From an uncultured Candidatus Woesearchaeota archaeon (GTDB taxonomy: Archaea; Nanobdellota; Nanobdellia; Woesearchaeales; DSVV01), in the NCBI GenBank assembly GCA_963717515.1, contig OY970338.1:1236861-1300860 (forward strand): DNA of 64,000 nucleotides, written 5' to 3'. The notes beneath the pieces are model-generated. The model ran no database searches. It had not been told where the DNA came from and saw only the letters and a list, made by a program, of their open reading frames with translations. Both the position numbers and the translations under genes were made by a program. Positions 35,127 to 45,225 of the stretch are shown here, one piece after another. Within the stretch, counting starts at the first letter, position 1, and each line of letters begins with the position of its first letter.

Positions 35127-36175
35127 ATTCTAATCTCCCTGAAAAGAGGCATATTTGAGAATTTTCGGATTGCAACATATTTTGAGAGCATGATATGCCT
35201 TGATTCATTGAAGACATTCTGCTCAAAGACATCATTCAGTTTCGGGACATAACTGTTGATTATCTTTTTTGATTCGGAAAAATTGATGTTCTTAGCCATT
35301 TTCAGGTCATTTATATTTCTGATGTCCAAACCCTTTGTGAATGCCCAGACTCTGTTCCATGCCTGTGGCATCTTCGGCTCATCCTCAGAATATCTGTAAG
35401 TCGCGAATTTTTTTATCCATACATCCTTTTCAGGATTCAGACCGAGCCAGTTGAGGATGATTATCAGCTTTGTCCACCTGTTATCTCTTGGCACGAGAGA
35501 TTTCTTATCTAGATATTCTTTTTTTCTTTTTTCATAAGCATTCAGGACCATCGACCTCAATTTATAGTTCTTACTCATCTCTTTCTGTCTCTTGAATCGC
35601 ATCTTGCACTCAACGTAATGGAAGATGAAATCATAATCACACTGTGTGACATTTTCGGGATAATCCCAAAAAATCTCATCTGTGTTCACTGTCTTGACCT
35701 TGAACATCTCATCAATAATAGGATTAAGGTCCTCATATTTCACTATTCTTGATAGGCTAAGTATATCGTGGATTGATAAAGCATCGAAGATAGTATTTGT
35801 ACCTGTCTCTGGAAATTCATTTATTCCTTCGCATTCCTTCCTTCGAAGATATATGCAGCCATTGCACCGGGCCAATATCTTTCTCTTCTCAATTCTGAAA
35901 TCTCTAAAGCTCTTTATGTTTTTTGGATAGAAGATGCAGCGGGGAAGAGATTCATTTATGACATGGTACTTAACACCCTGCTTCTCTAATTTTTTTAAAA
36001 ACCCGATTATTTTTTCTCCTGTTTCAGGAATCAGCTCTTCCTTGCGAAAACAAAAGAATATAGGATTGTCCTTATATGTCGGAAAAAATCGATCAATCTC
36101 TGAAATTTTAACCCTTGTCATATACTTGCCTGCAGAAGCATCTGCCATATAAAAGTGTTTCTTTTCCAAGAACAC
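35120..36175 (-). CDS. Hypothetical protein carrying a stand-alone copy of the rSAM-family C-terminal Cys module, plus about 220-aa unknown domain
   Basis: GEKIIGFLKKLEKQGVKYHVINESLPRCIF ... CNGCIYLRRKECEGI aligns to 46844..47410 and to the C-terminal modules of the short rSAM paralogs. It has no CxxxCxxC and no GGEPT. Confidence 0.55.
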   Translation of the reverse strand: MFLEKKHFYMADASAGKYMTRVKISEIDRFFPTYKDNPIFFCFRKEELIPETGEKIIGFLKKLEKQGVKYHVINESLPRCIFYPKNIKSFRDFRIEKRKILARCNGCIYLRRKECEGINEFPETGTNTIFDALSIHDILSLSRIVKYEDLNPIIDEMFKVKTVNTDEIFWDYPENVTQCDYDFIFHYVECKMRFKRQKEMSKNYKLRSMVLNAYEKRKKEYLDKKSLVPRDNRWTKLIIILNWLGLNPEKDVWIKKFATYRYSEDEPKMPQAWNRVWAFTKGLDIRNINDLKMAKNINFSESKKIINSYVPKLNDVFEQNVFNESRHIMLSKYVAIRKFSNMPLFREIRIH

Positions 36176-36225
36176 TCCAAATGATAAAAATTTATATTCT
36201 ATGACTTATTCTTATATAAAACCTG

Positions 36226-37116
36226 ATGTTGAGTGGTATTATAATGAGAATCAATATTCTTGCAAAACATAATCTAGATACAAATATTCCAGTCCTTGTT
36301 TCAAATAAATGCAATAACAGATGTCTCATGTGCAGTGTTAATTTGGATAACAATCATTTCAAAGAACCGTCGGTTGATGAAATTTTAAATATTATCGGCT
36401 CAAGTAGAGGAAAATATATCTGCCTCATAGGTGGAGAGCCAACTATCAGGGAAGATTTTTATCAATTAATGACAAAACTCAGACAGAATTTTCCCGAGAG
36501 AAAAATAATATTATTCTCAAATGCCAGGTCATTTTCAAATAAAGAATTCTTAAAAGGCCTTCGAATATCCAAACCAGATTCTGTTGTTGTAACTCTTCAT
36601 AGCCATACAGCAGAAATTCACAATAAAATTACGCAAACAGATTCATTCAATTCAACAATCACCGGGATTAAAAATTTAATCAATGCCGGGATTGATGTGA
36701 AAGTTAGGGTAATAATTAACGCATTAAATTATAAGCAACTTCTGAAAATTTCAGAATATATTCTTTCAAATTTCAGTGGGATAAAAAAGGTTGAGTTTAT
36801 CAATCCAATAATCCAGGGGCGTGCAAAAATAAATAAAATCCTGTTTTTGGTAAAATATACTAAAATAAGGCCTTATCTTTTGGAGAGTGTTAACATATTA
36901 AAAAATGCAGATATTAAAGTCAATACACAGCATTTCCCTCTTTGTATATTTGAATTTTCAGATATTGATGATCAGCTCAGGATAATAACTGAAACTCATG
37001 GAGAAATTGTAATGGGTTTGGAACAGTGTAATATTTGCACAAAATCAGAGAAATGTCCAAGAGTCATGAAAGAATATGTTGAAAAATTCGGTTCAAATGA
37101 GTTCAATCAAATATAA
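36226..37116 (+). CDS. Radical SAM enzyme, short family with C-terminal Cys module
   Basis: Contains SNKCNNRCLMCSV, LIGGEPT, FSNARSF, FPLCIFEF and CNICTKSEKCPRV. Confidence 0.8.
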   Translation: MLSGIIMRINILAKHNLDTNIPVLVSNKCNNRCLMCSVNLDNNHFKEPSVDEILNIIGSSRGKYICLIGGEPTIREDFYQLMTKLRQNFPERKIILFSNARSFSNKEFLKGLRISKPDSVVVTLHSHTAEIHNKITQTDSFNSTITGIKNLINAGIDVKVRVIINALNYKQLLKISEYILSNFSGIKKVEFINPIIQGRAKINKILFLVKYTKIRPYLLESVNILKNADIKVNTQHFPLCIFEFSDIDDQLRIITETHGEIVMGLEQCNICTKSEKCPRVMKEYVEKFGSNEFNQI

Positions 37117-37157
37117 CATCTAAAATATTCAGATAAATGCTTGATCAATGCTAAAAG

Positions 37158-37781
37158 ATGGGACAAATAAATAATGTTGATAGATTTGAAAAAGCATATA
37201 GAACAGGGAATATACCATGGTCCCGAAAACAGGCATCAAAATATCTAGTAGCACTTATTAAAGAAATACCAATTTTTCCATGTAGAACCATTGATGTGGG
37301 CTGTGGTGAAGGTTATTCCTCAATATATCTGGCAAAACAGGGATTTGATGTAGTAGGTATTGATTTTTCAGACTCTGCAATCAATCAGGCGATAAATAAT
37401 GCAGGAAATATATCTAATGTTAAATTCAAATTAATTGATTGTCGTAATCTACCAGAAATGGATGAAAACTTTGATTTTGTTTTTGAAAATGCCCTGTTCC
37501 ACCATATTCCCACGACCCACCGGATGAAATACCTCAAAGGTGTAAATAAAATTTTGAATCAAGATGGACTATATGTGTCAATATCTTTTGACAACAGAGA
37601 AGATTTTATTGATAGGATTAATAAGAGATTTTTTGACAGTTCATATGGCTTGCGTCATTATCTGACAAACAGAGAGGATTTATATCCGCTCTTTTCACGA
37701 TATTTCAATATGATTGAATCAAAAAAAATATCCTTGGAAGGCAGATCTGGTAACATATTTATTATGAGGAAAAATAATTAG
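37158..37781 (+). CDS. Class I SAM-dependent methyltransferase
   Basis: Motif I is IDVGCGEGYSS. The post-I acidic residue is in GIDFS, and FVFENALFHH follows. Confidence 0.75.
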   Translation: MGQINNVDRFEKAYRTGNIPWSRKQASKYLVALIKEIPIFPCRTIDVGCGEGYSSIYLAKQGFDVVGIDFSDSAINQAINNAGNISNVKFKLIDCRNLPEMDENFDFVFENALFHHIPTTHRMKYLKGVNKILNQDGLYVSISFDNREDFIDRINKRFFDSSYGLRHYLTNREDLYPLFSRYFNMIESKKISLEGRSGNIFIMRKNN

Positions 37782-39317
37782 TCAAAAGCTGCAATCAATT
37801 CCGGAGTTAAAATAAGTTGCATAGGATGTGTCATCTATAATATTTGGATTAACGTACTTCCTTATTATTTTTCTGAGGAGATTTCGTGTCCTGTTCTGTT
37901 GGATTCGTTTGAATTTCCAATGTAAGCCATTGATCTCATCAAATGCAAATTGTTTTCTTAAGTCCATATAATCTCTTGAGAAATCTGAAGCACTGCTGAT
38001 ACTGTTAAACAGTCCGCTAATCCTGAATCTAAGATTACTTATCCCAAATCTTTCAGGATTTTTAGCCATCAAAGATTTATTTTCAAGGAAAAAAATCACT
38101 ACATTTGCAAACTGAATATATTTTGAGTTTTTTCTTAGAAATTCTATAGTCTTTTTTACATCTTCATGAGTCTCGTGGGGATAACCTGCAATTATTGAGA
38201 CAACATTGATAATGCCTGCTTCATTTGAATTTTTCAGGAAAAGGGATGCATCTTCAACAGTGAATCGTTTATTGATGTTCTTTGTTATCTTATTACATCC
38301 ACTCTCAATCCCATAACGAAGAAAGACACAACCTGACTTTTTCATCTTCACCAACAAATCCATATCTGTATTGTTCGTTCTTCCGAGCCCGCCCCAGAGG
38401 AGATTCAACTTTGCCTTTAATAAAGCATCACAGACTTCGACAGAATGGCTATAGGTTGTGTTGAATGTAGAATCACAAAAATATATAAATTCTGTTTTGT
38501 ATTTTTCTTTCATGATTGAGAGTTCTGATATGACTTTTGATGTTTTTTTGGTTTGGAGTTGAGGTGAAAAAGTATGGTGTGTGCAGAAACTGCATCTGTT
38601 ATCGCATCCTTTTTTTATCTGATAGGGCAGTACAAGTTTTTTTTCATCCTTGATTTTGATTTCATAAAGTTTCAGTGGAAGTCCGCAAAAATCTGGAATC
38701 GGAACCTCATTAATATCTAATCTTGTCTCAGGATTGTTTATGATTCTGCTATCTTCCCGAAATACAAGACCGGGAATATCTTTTCTATTATGCTTATCCT
38801 CTTCAATATGCTCTATCAGCCTAAGAAACGGCAACTCACCGTCTCCTACAATCATATAATCGATGTATTCAAATTTTTCAAGAAATAGATATCCATATAA
38901 AGTGATGAGCGTTCCGCCAAAAATAATCTTTGCTCCAGTGTTTTCCTTGATTTTTTTTGCCAATGGTAACGAGAATAAAAGCTGGAAGATGCTATGGACA
39001 GAAAAGCCGATTATGTCATATTCATCATATCTAGAAAGTGAATATATCTCTTCAAATAGATGATCCAGTTCAGAGTCTTCCTTATCAAACATAAGATAAT
39101 TGATGTATCGTGGATAATCTCTTATCATGTCCAAATTGAGTTTTTTCTGGTTCTTTTTCCTATTCCTTATTTTCACAAGCAGGTCCTCCTGATCGACATG
39201 GTATCCCTTGCCTCTGATATATGAAGCTAGAGTAGCCATTCCCAGGGATGGCATGCCCATCCTGAAGATATCAAATATTGGTGCAAATACGAGCTTAATT
39301 TTTGTTTTTTTACTCAT
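37782..39317 (-). CDS. B12-binding radical SAM enzyme
   Basis: N-terminal B12-type domain (KIKLVFAPIFDIFRMGMPSLGMATLASYI), rSAM KKGCDNRCSFCTH and IIAGYPHETHED. Confidence 0.85.
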   Translation of the reverse strand: MSKKTKIKLVFAPIFDIFRMGMPSLGMATLASYIRGKGYHVDQEDLLVKIRNRKKNQKKLNLDMIRDYPRYINYLMFDKEDSELDHLFEEIYSLSRYDEYDIIGFSVHSIFQLLFSLPLAKKIKENTGAKIIFGGTLITLYGYLFLEKFEYIDYMIVGDGELPFLRLIEHIEEDKHNRKDIPGLVFREDSRIINNPETRLDINEVPIPDFCGLPLKLYEIKIKDEKKLVLPYQIKKGCDNRCSFCTHHTFSPQLQTKKTSKVISELSIMKEKYKTEFIYFCDSTFNTTYSHSVEVCDALLKAKLNLLWGGLGRTNNTDMDLLVKMKKSGCVFLRYGIESGCNKITKNINKRFTVEDASLFLKNSNEAGIINVVSIIAGYPHETHEDVKKTIEFLRKNSKYIQFANVVIFFLENKSLMAKNPERFGISNLRFRISGLFNSISSASDFSRDYMDLRKQFAFDEINGLHWKFKRIQQNRTRNLLRKIIRKYVNPNIIDDTSYATYFNSGIDCSF

Positions 39318-40743
39318 CTTCTCTCAGAGCTTGGTAAAATCGGACAATTTTTCTGTGTACTTCATTTTCAGAAGATTTTATGGATGATACCCCAAAGGGA
39401 TGTTCAATCTCAGTACCAATAGCATCAAATCTGAAGGGATAAGGTATATTCTTATTAAAACTAGTTTTTGATAACTCCAGGAAATCAAAAAAGTTTCGTC
39501 GATAAAGTTTCATATCATATCTCCCTGGATTCATGTAGATATCAGAACCCGGTTCTGCTGACAAAGGGACACATGATATGTTCCTGCTTATGTTCTTTTG
39601 GAAAACAGAAGTGTTTCTTTTCAACAGATTCAGACAATAGTCAGTGTTATAGTCAAATATCTTTTCGTCTTCCCATGGAAGGCCTGCAATGAGATACAGA
39701 TGGAAAAACTGCTTGTTAATTTCCAAAGTCTTTATCATTTTTTCAAGTTGAAAATTTGAAAAAAATGGTCTTGTAATATCTTTTGAGGACAAAGACTTCC
39801 TGAAAGCTTCATTGCATGTCTCAACGCTTAGAGACAGCGTTGAACTTGAAAATGAATTCTTGAAGGCTGAAAGCAGTTCTTTTTGCGGCAATGTCCAGGC
39901 ATAGAACTTTGATTTTAGTTCTGGCATATTAATTTTTTCAAATAATTTGATATAAAATTTCTTATCATTTTGAAATGGATCAAAATCAAATATTATATTA
40001 TCATTATATCTTGATAATATATTGATATCTTTAATCACTGAAGGTATATCACGGAAGATTGGTTTTTCTCTGCCTGATAACCTCTTCTGGTTTCTATTAC
40101 AACCACTACAATAAAAACAGTTATAGCAACACCCTTTTCCTGTCCAAATGAATTCTCCAGCCCAATGTCCTGTCTTCTTAAGCACTAACGTATCCTTTTC
40201 TAGTATCTGATCAATTTCATCTGTTAGACATAAACCTTTAATATCATCTTTTGTTTGGATATATCTCCTGGCAGTTCTGATGATCCTTTCTTGTTTCTTA
40301 TAAGTCGTGTTAATCAATTTTCTTTCTCTAATCAACTTCAATAAAGGTTTTTCAGCATCACCTCTTATTATATAATCTATTTTGCTGTTTCTGATTATTT
40401 CTTTATCAAAATATCCTGCGGTCTGACCTCCGGCAATGATTTTGATATCCTCTTCGATATTTTTTACTGTCTCTGCGATTTTAATAGACACATATAAATC
40501 AAAATACCATCTAATTCCAATAATCACAAATTTTGGTTGGTATTCATATATTTTTTTTTCGATTATTTTTATGAAGTGTTCTCTCTCAGAACCAAGATCA
40601 ATTACTTTTGAAGATATTCCATTTTGTTTCAGATATGAGGCAAGATATAATAAGGTCATGTTAAAGAAATGAGTAGATTTCTGTCTGATATTGAATAGAT
40701 ATTGTTTCTGCATCGAGACTGGATTAATAAATAATGCTTCCAT
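39310..40743 (-). CDS. B12-binding radical SAM enzyme
   Basis: N-terminal Rossmann-like B12-type domain (LLYLASYLKQNGISSKVIDL), rSAM GKGCCYNCFYCSG and LIAGLPWEDE. It overlaps the downstream B12-rSAM gene by 8 nt. Confidence 0.8.
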   Translation of the reverse strand: MEALFINPVSMQKQYLFNIRQKSTHFFNMTLLYLASYLKQNGISSKVIDLGSEREHFIKIIEKKIYEYQPKFVIIGIRWYFDLYVSIKIAETVKNIEEDIKIIAGGQTAGYFDKEIIRNSKIDYIIRGDAEKPLLKLIRERKLINTTYKKQERIIRTARRYIQTKDDIKGLCLTDEIDQILEKDTLVLKKTGHWAGEFIWTGKGCCYNCFYCSGCNRNQKRLSGREKPIFRDIPSVIKDINILSRYNDNIIFDFDPFQNDKKFYIKLFEKINMPELKSKFYAWTLPQKELLSAFKNSFSSSTLSLSVETCNEAFRKSLSSKDITRPFFSNFQLEKMIKTLEINKQFFHLYLIAGLPWEDEKIFDYNTDYCLNLLKRNTSVFQKNISRNISCVPLSAEPGSDIYMNPGRYDMKLYRRNFFDFLELSKTSFNKNIPYPFRFDAIGTEIEHPFGVSSIKSSENEVHRKIVRFYQALREDE

Positions 40744-40901
40744 TTTCAGGTCTGAAACAGGATATGCTCCTTGAGCGACCGAATAAAAAGGAGTATTTAA
40801 ATCTTCTTAAGAAACATCATATTCAAATATGATACTTCAGAAATTAATAAAAGTTGTAATGTTATCTATTTTAACAAAAAATATTAATAATATTGATTTT
40901 T

Positions 40902-41858
40902 ATGTTTCTTATGGATTTTTTTGATGTACTCGAGAGAAGGCATAGTACAAGGTCATTTCAAAAAGTTAATATTCCTGATAAAGATGTGAAAAGAATAAAG
41001 GAATCTATCCTTCACTCTCCAAGCGGTGCCAACATCCAACCATACCACTTCATCTTTATTGATGATGATAGGCTCATTAGTAAAATAGGGGAAGTCGATT
41101 ATTATCAAAGTTCAATCAAGAATCTCGACAAGGCATCAGTGTTAGTCGCTGCCCTCTCAGATGAAAAGTTGAGTCCAAATTATTCTGAAGTGGACACTGC
41201 CATAGCATTGACCTACATAGATTTGACAGCCACAAATTTAGGGTATGATACATGCTGGTTTGGATGTTATGGATCTATTGAAATCAAGAGATTGCTTGGA
41301 ATCCCAAAAAAACTAAAACTAATATGTATCCTTGCTATTGGAAAAGAAAAGGATAAAAAAACCAGATCAATAAAATTCCCTCTAAAGAAGCTAATCAGCT
41401 CAAACAACTACAAAAATGTCAGTCCTGATGCGAAAACCTATTATATCAAAATCGGCAATAAATGTAATAATAATTGTCCAGATTGTAACCGAAAAATTAA
41501 CCAGGAAAAGGATACTAATGAAATAATATCTGAGATATTGTCTGCAAAACAAAATGGATTTGATGCAGTAGTATTTCCTTGCAATCTTGACTCAAGAAAA
41601 GATTATTTATATATCTTTAAGAAAATCAATACCAATATCCGGATAGTGTTGGAAACAAATGGAAGAGTATTTTCTTCCAATAAAGTATTAAATCAACTAA
41701 ATACTTACGTAGATGAAATCCAGCTAATGAAATTAGGAAAAAATGAAGGTGCTTACGATATTTTTACAGGAACTGAAAATACTTTTAATCAATATATCAA
41801 AGGAATTAAGAATCTAAAGAAGCATAATACTAATGTCTTTTTCTTTAAAATATCTTGA
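40902..41858 (+). CDS. Nitroreductase-family domain fused to a truncated rSAM-like half domain
   Basis: The N-terminus (FDVLERRHSTRSF ... PSGANIQPYHFIFI ... DTCWFG) is nitroreductase-like. The C-terminal 150 aa or so begin IKIGNKCNNNCPDC and align to the short rSAM family, but VVFPCNLD replaces GGEPT and there is no C-terminal Cys module. Confidence 0.7.
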   Translation: MFLMDFFDVLERRHSTRSFQKVNIPDKDVKRIKESILHSPSGANIQPYHFIFIDDDRLISKIGEVDYYQSSIKNLDKASVLVAALSDEKLSPNYSEVDTAIALTYIDLTATNLGYDTCWFGCYGSIEIKRLLGIPKKLKLICILAIGKEKDKKTRSIKFPLKKLISSNNYKNVSPDAKTYYIKIGNKCNNNCPDCNRKINQEKDTNEIISEILSAKQNGFDAVVFPCNLDSRKDYLYIFKKINTNIRIVLETNGRVFSSNKVLNQLNTYVDEIQLMKLGKNEGAYDIFTGTENTFNQYIKGIKNLKKHNTNVFFFKIS

Positions 41859-41868
41859 TCAAATTCAA

Positions 41869-43314
41869 TTATACCACTGAAATTACTTTTTGGTACCACT
41901 CTTTTGCAGTCGAATCTTCAGGATTGAGTTCTAGGGCTTTTAAAAACTGAGTCTTAGCCATATCAAATTTTCCCTGTTCATAATAAAGCTCTCCAAGACC
42001 TAAATATCCTTTTATGAAATCTGGATTTAATTGTATTGATTTATTAAATCCTTCTTCTGCTAGGTCATAATTGCCCAATCCTAATTGGCAGGCTGCCATA
42101 GCATGTACATATTTCGGATTTAAGGGTTCTTTTAAATTAGCCTTTTTGAACTCTTCCAGTGCAAGCTCATATTTTTTCTCTGAAAAATAAATATACCCAA
42201 GCCCCGAGATGCCGGAGATATCATTTGGATTTATTTCCAAAGTTTTTTCTATGCTTGTTCTTGCCATATCCAATTCACCCGTCTTAATATAACTCCATGC
42301 TAATTTTCCATGAGCTATTGAGTTTCCTGGATAGAGTTCAATCGCTTTTTTTAGCAATTCAATAGCATCTGAAAAATTATTTTTTTCATAACTATTCTGC
42401 CCTTTGATTGTAAATTCGTTTGATTTCAATATGTTAATCTTTTTTTGGCTCAAACCAAGTTCTATTGCTTTATCAAGGTTAATCTGGCCGTTATTGAAGT
42501 CATCCATGAGGAAATAAGTGTTTGCTAAATCACTATATATAAGAGGATTTGAAGGTTCAATCTCTTTAGCTTTATTTAAATATTCAAGAGATTTATTATA
42601 TTTATTGTCACTCCAGTAAATTCTACTGATGCCACGATATGAATAAATTAAGTTTGAATCTAAATTCAGTGCTCTTTCAAAATCCTTTTTTGCTTGATTA
42701 AGCATCTCTTCAGATGAATCACGTTCTCCAAGCTTGTATAGTGTCCAGGCACGACCATTGAAAGCAAGAGCATACATCTGATCCAGTTCTATTGCTTTAT
42801 TAAAACTATCCTTTGCTTCATTAATAAGTTCAAAAGCTTCTTGATCATTATTAGTTGAGTAAAGAATTGTATCTCCTTGATCATATAGTGTCCAGCCTAA
42901 TCCTACATAGGCCTTCGGATTATTTGGGTCTTTTTCAATTAATTTTTGGAAATATGATGCTACCTGATCAAATTCCTCCTTGTTATAGGAGTTCCTGTCA
43001 ATTTTAAGATACATATTCCAACCCTCATCAAAATTAGAGTCATAGTTTGGAATAAAAAAATAATAAAATATACTTATCATCAATATCGCCAATACTAATA
43101 TTGCAACTAAAACATACTTATAATCTGATTTACGATTTTTGGAAGATATAATAATGTTGGAATTTATATTTTTTTCTGACTCTTTTACTTTTCTATAAAT
43201 CTCATGTACAATTTTTTTATCATGACCTGCATTAATTAAAGCTTCCTTAATCTCTTTTTCAGAAAATCCCTTTTCCAGTTCCTTTTTGATATAATCTAAC
43301 AATTCCTTTTCCAT
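41869..43314 (-). CDS. Membrane-anchored TPR repeat protein
   Basis: N-terminal helical domain, one TM segment (YVLVAILVLAILMISIFYYFFI), then about 10 TPR-like repeats (A..F..AL.L.P....A...LG). Confidence 0.8.
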   Translation of the reverse strand: MEKELLDYIKKELEKGFSEKEIKEALINAGHDKKIVHEIYRKVKESEKNINSNIIISSKNRKSDYKYVLVAILVLAILMISIFYYFFIPNYDSNFDEGWNMYLKIDRNSYNKEEFDQVASYFQKLIEKDPNNPKAYVGLGWTLYDQGDTILYSTNNDQEAFELINEAKDSFNKAIELDQMYALAFNGRAWTLYKLGERDSSEEMLNQAKKDFERALNLDSNLIYSYRGISRIYWSDNKYNKSLEYLNKAKEIEPSNPLIYSDLANTYFLMDDFNNGQINLDKAIELGLSQKKINILKSNEFTIKGQNSYEKNNFSDAIELLKKAIELYPGNSIAHGKLAWSYIKTGELDMARTSIEKTLEINPNDISGISGLGYIYFSEKKYELALEEFKKANLKEPLNPKYVHAMAACQLGLGNYDLAEEGFNKSIQLNPDFIKGYLGLGELYYEQGKFDMAKTQFLKALELNPEDSTAKEWYQKVISVV

Positions 43315-43358
43315 AAATCATATATTGGACATCATAATTTATAAACTTGTGTTATTAT

Positions 43359-43508
43359 TTACAAGTAGTTTTTACAAATTGGGTCAACGCGACAATAATT
43401 GCTAAGTTCAAGGATGAAAGCTTTTTCATCTTCTTCGATTATCCGGACGTTTACTTTCCAAAAGCATTTCGGGCATATGCTTTTAGTATGTCTTTTCAAA
43501 ATATCCAT
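43359..43508 (-). CDS. Possible 49-aa zinc-ribbon micro-ORF, or remnant of an rSAM N-terminus
   Basis: My translation is MDILKRHTKSICPKCFWKVNVRIIEEDEKAFILELSNYCRVDPICKNYL. The CPxC...C...C layout resembles N-terminal zinc ribbons of some archaeal rSAM proteins. It is below the track cutoff. Confidence 0.25.
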   Translation of the reverse strand: MDILKRHTKSICPKCFWKVNVRIIEEDEKAFILELSNYCRVDPICKNYL

Positions 43509-43568
43509 TTTATACAAGTTCTATTTCAATATCAAGTTCTTCCATAACCACATATATTGAATCTTTAA

Positions 43569-44849
43569 TCAAATCCCTTCCAGCAAGTCAAATGAATCCC
43601 GGTTGATTAATACCAAATCAGGTTTAAAATTGTTATCAATGAATTTCTTGAGATATTTCTTATAATATTTATACATAAGGAGTCCACCACATCTGACACT
43701 GCCACTGTAAAAATCATTGTAAACTGTTTGATAGTAGAATGATTTTTTACTTAAAACTCCACTCCATTCTTTAGCTTTTTCAAAGGCAGCTTTAACAACC
43801 TTCTCTTCAGCATTAGATGGCATGATAAGAATCTTATCATATTTTTTTCAAATCCTCTCGATTTTATTTACATCAAAATATATGTCGTTATTTATAAAAT
43901 ATTTAGGATAAGCATTTTTATTTAAAGCCCTGGAATAAATATGCAACTCTTTCTCTTCATTTGTCCTTGATTTTATCTTCACATTCAACAACCTTTTTTC
44001 TGTGGAAAACAGGTTAAAGGCATGGTTTCGGCAAAATACTTTCTGGCAGTCAACTGAGATGACCTCATCACTTGGATTAATTCCTACATCCTCATAACCC
44101 ATCATTTCAGGTTTAACATTCTCAAATCCATAAGGTAGAATATGTAGGTTCATTCTTATTTCATTTTGTAATCTGGTCATTAAATTCTTAAAGTCTTCTT
44201 CATCACAATAAAGAAGTCTCTGCTGGGCTTTTGTTGTGAAATTAGTATATGTCGGAAGATGCACTCTTAGACTTTTCACCCCATATGAGTCAAGGTCCCT
44301 TATCGTTTTTTCAACACCACTCCACCCGACTAATTCTGGTATTGCTACCATACTGCCCATACATTCAATATTATAATTTTTTACTACTTTTAGGATATTT
44401 ATCGATATTTCTCCAAACTGCTGTATAGATCCATGCATTATTATCCAATCTTCATGGTTCGTACTGTTTATTGAATGGACAACAATAATCCCACCTAAGT
44501 CTTCAAGTTTCTGTAAGTTTTCCTATGTTAAATATGCTCCGTTAGTCATAAATTTTATCTTATATCCTAAAAGAGGGCTGTTCTTAAATGGGAATCTCTT
44601 CCGAATATGACTCAATATTTCCCAAATCCTTGGGTGGCAAAAGGGTTCACCATCTGTAAGCCTTGAAATTGAAGTGTTGATGTTTATCATTTAATTTGGC
44701 TTGAAAAGATTTATTTGGGCAATAATATCGCTGAATCTTCTATGGACAGTATTATAATTAAAAGGATTGTGCTTTTTAGAACAGAATATGCAATTTATAT
44801 TGCATTTTGTTGTTACGACAAGTAAATTTCGTTCCCTTAGTATATCCAT
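43569..44849 (-). pseudogene. Radical SAM gene (DUF512-like C-terminus) broken by three in-frame stops
   Basis: A single reading frame runs from the ATG at 44849. The conserved pieces, in order, are:
- MDILRERNLLVVTTKCNINCIFCS...
- KPN, then TAA (44691-44693), then MININ...LTDGEPFCHP...
- AYLT, then TAG (44523-44525), then ENLQ...
- ERI, then TGA (43848-43850), then ...FYSGSVRCGGLL.

No frameshift is needed. Confidence 0.7.
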
Positions 44850-45225
44850 TAGTATTTCTTCATCAACACTTTCATTGAAAGATATTTTTTTCTTCCATTT
44901 TTTTAATCTGTTTTTAATCTTGGTAAATCTTTTTCTCTTTTATAAAATATCTCAATTTAAGAATTTTAATAGTTCAATCATTCTGTCTGAATATGAGTAT
45001 TAAATGTTCATAAAGTATAGAAGCCAATTGATTTTTTCATACTTGCTATTATTCAGCATTTACTTGAGAACCAATCTAAAATGATCAGTAATTATGGCAC
45101 TTTTTGCAGAAACCAGAAAAGGGTGTGAAGATATTTCCGAATAATGTTGGACAACTAGTATTGCTTCGGAAATAATATCTTTATAGAATATATTTAAATA
45201 AACAATAATTTTACTCATACAGAAC

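Noticed and set aside
40744-40892. Short intergenic ORFs (22-31 aa) that could be RiPP precursor peptides. Similar ones lie in 44850-45225.
   Set aside because: - They have no ribosome-binding or TATA context that I could support, and no Cys/Ser/Thr-rich core.
- One overlaps the nitroreductase start.
- They are indistinguishable from random ORFs in AT-rich DNA.
43569-44849. Stop-codon reassignment (for example pyrrolysine at TAG, or an alternative genetic code) as the explanation for the in-frame stops.
   Set aside because: - All three stop codons (TAA, TAG and TGA) occur once each in this gene.
- All three are used as ordinary terminators by neighbouring well-supported genes.
- No pyl genes were seen in the window.
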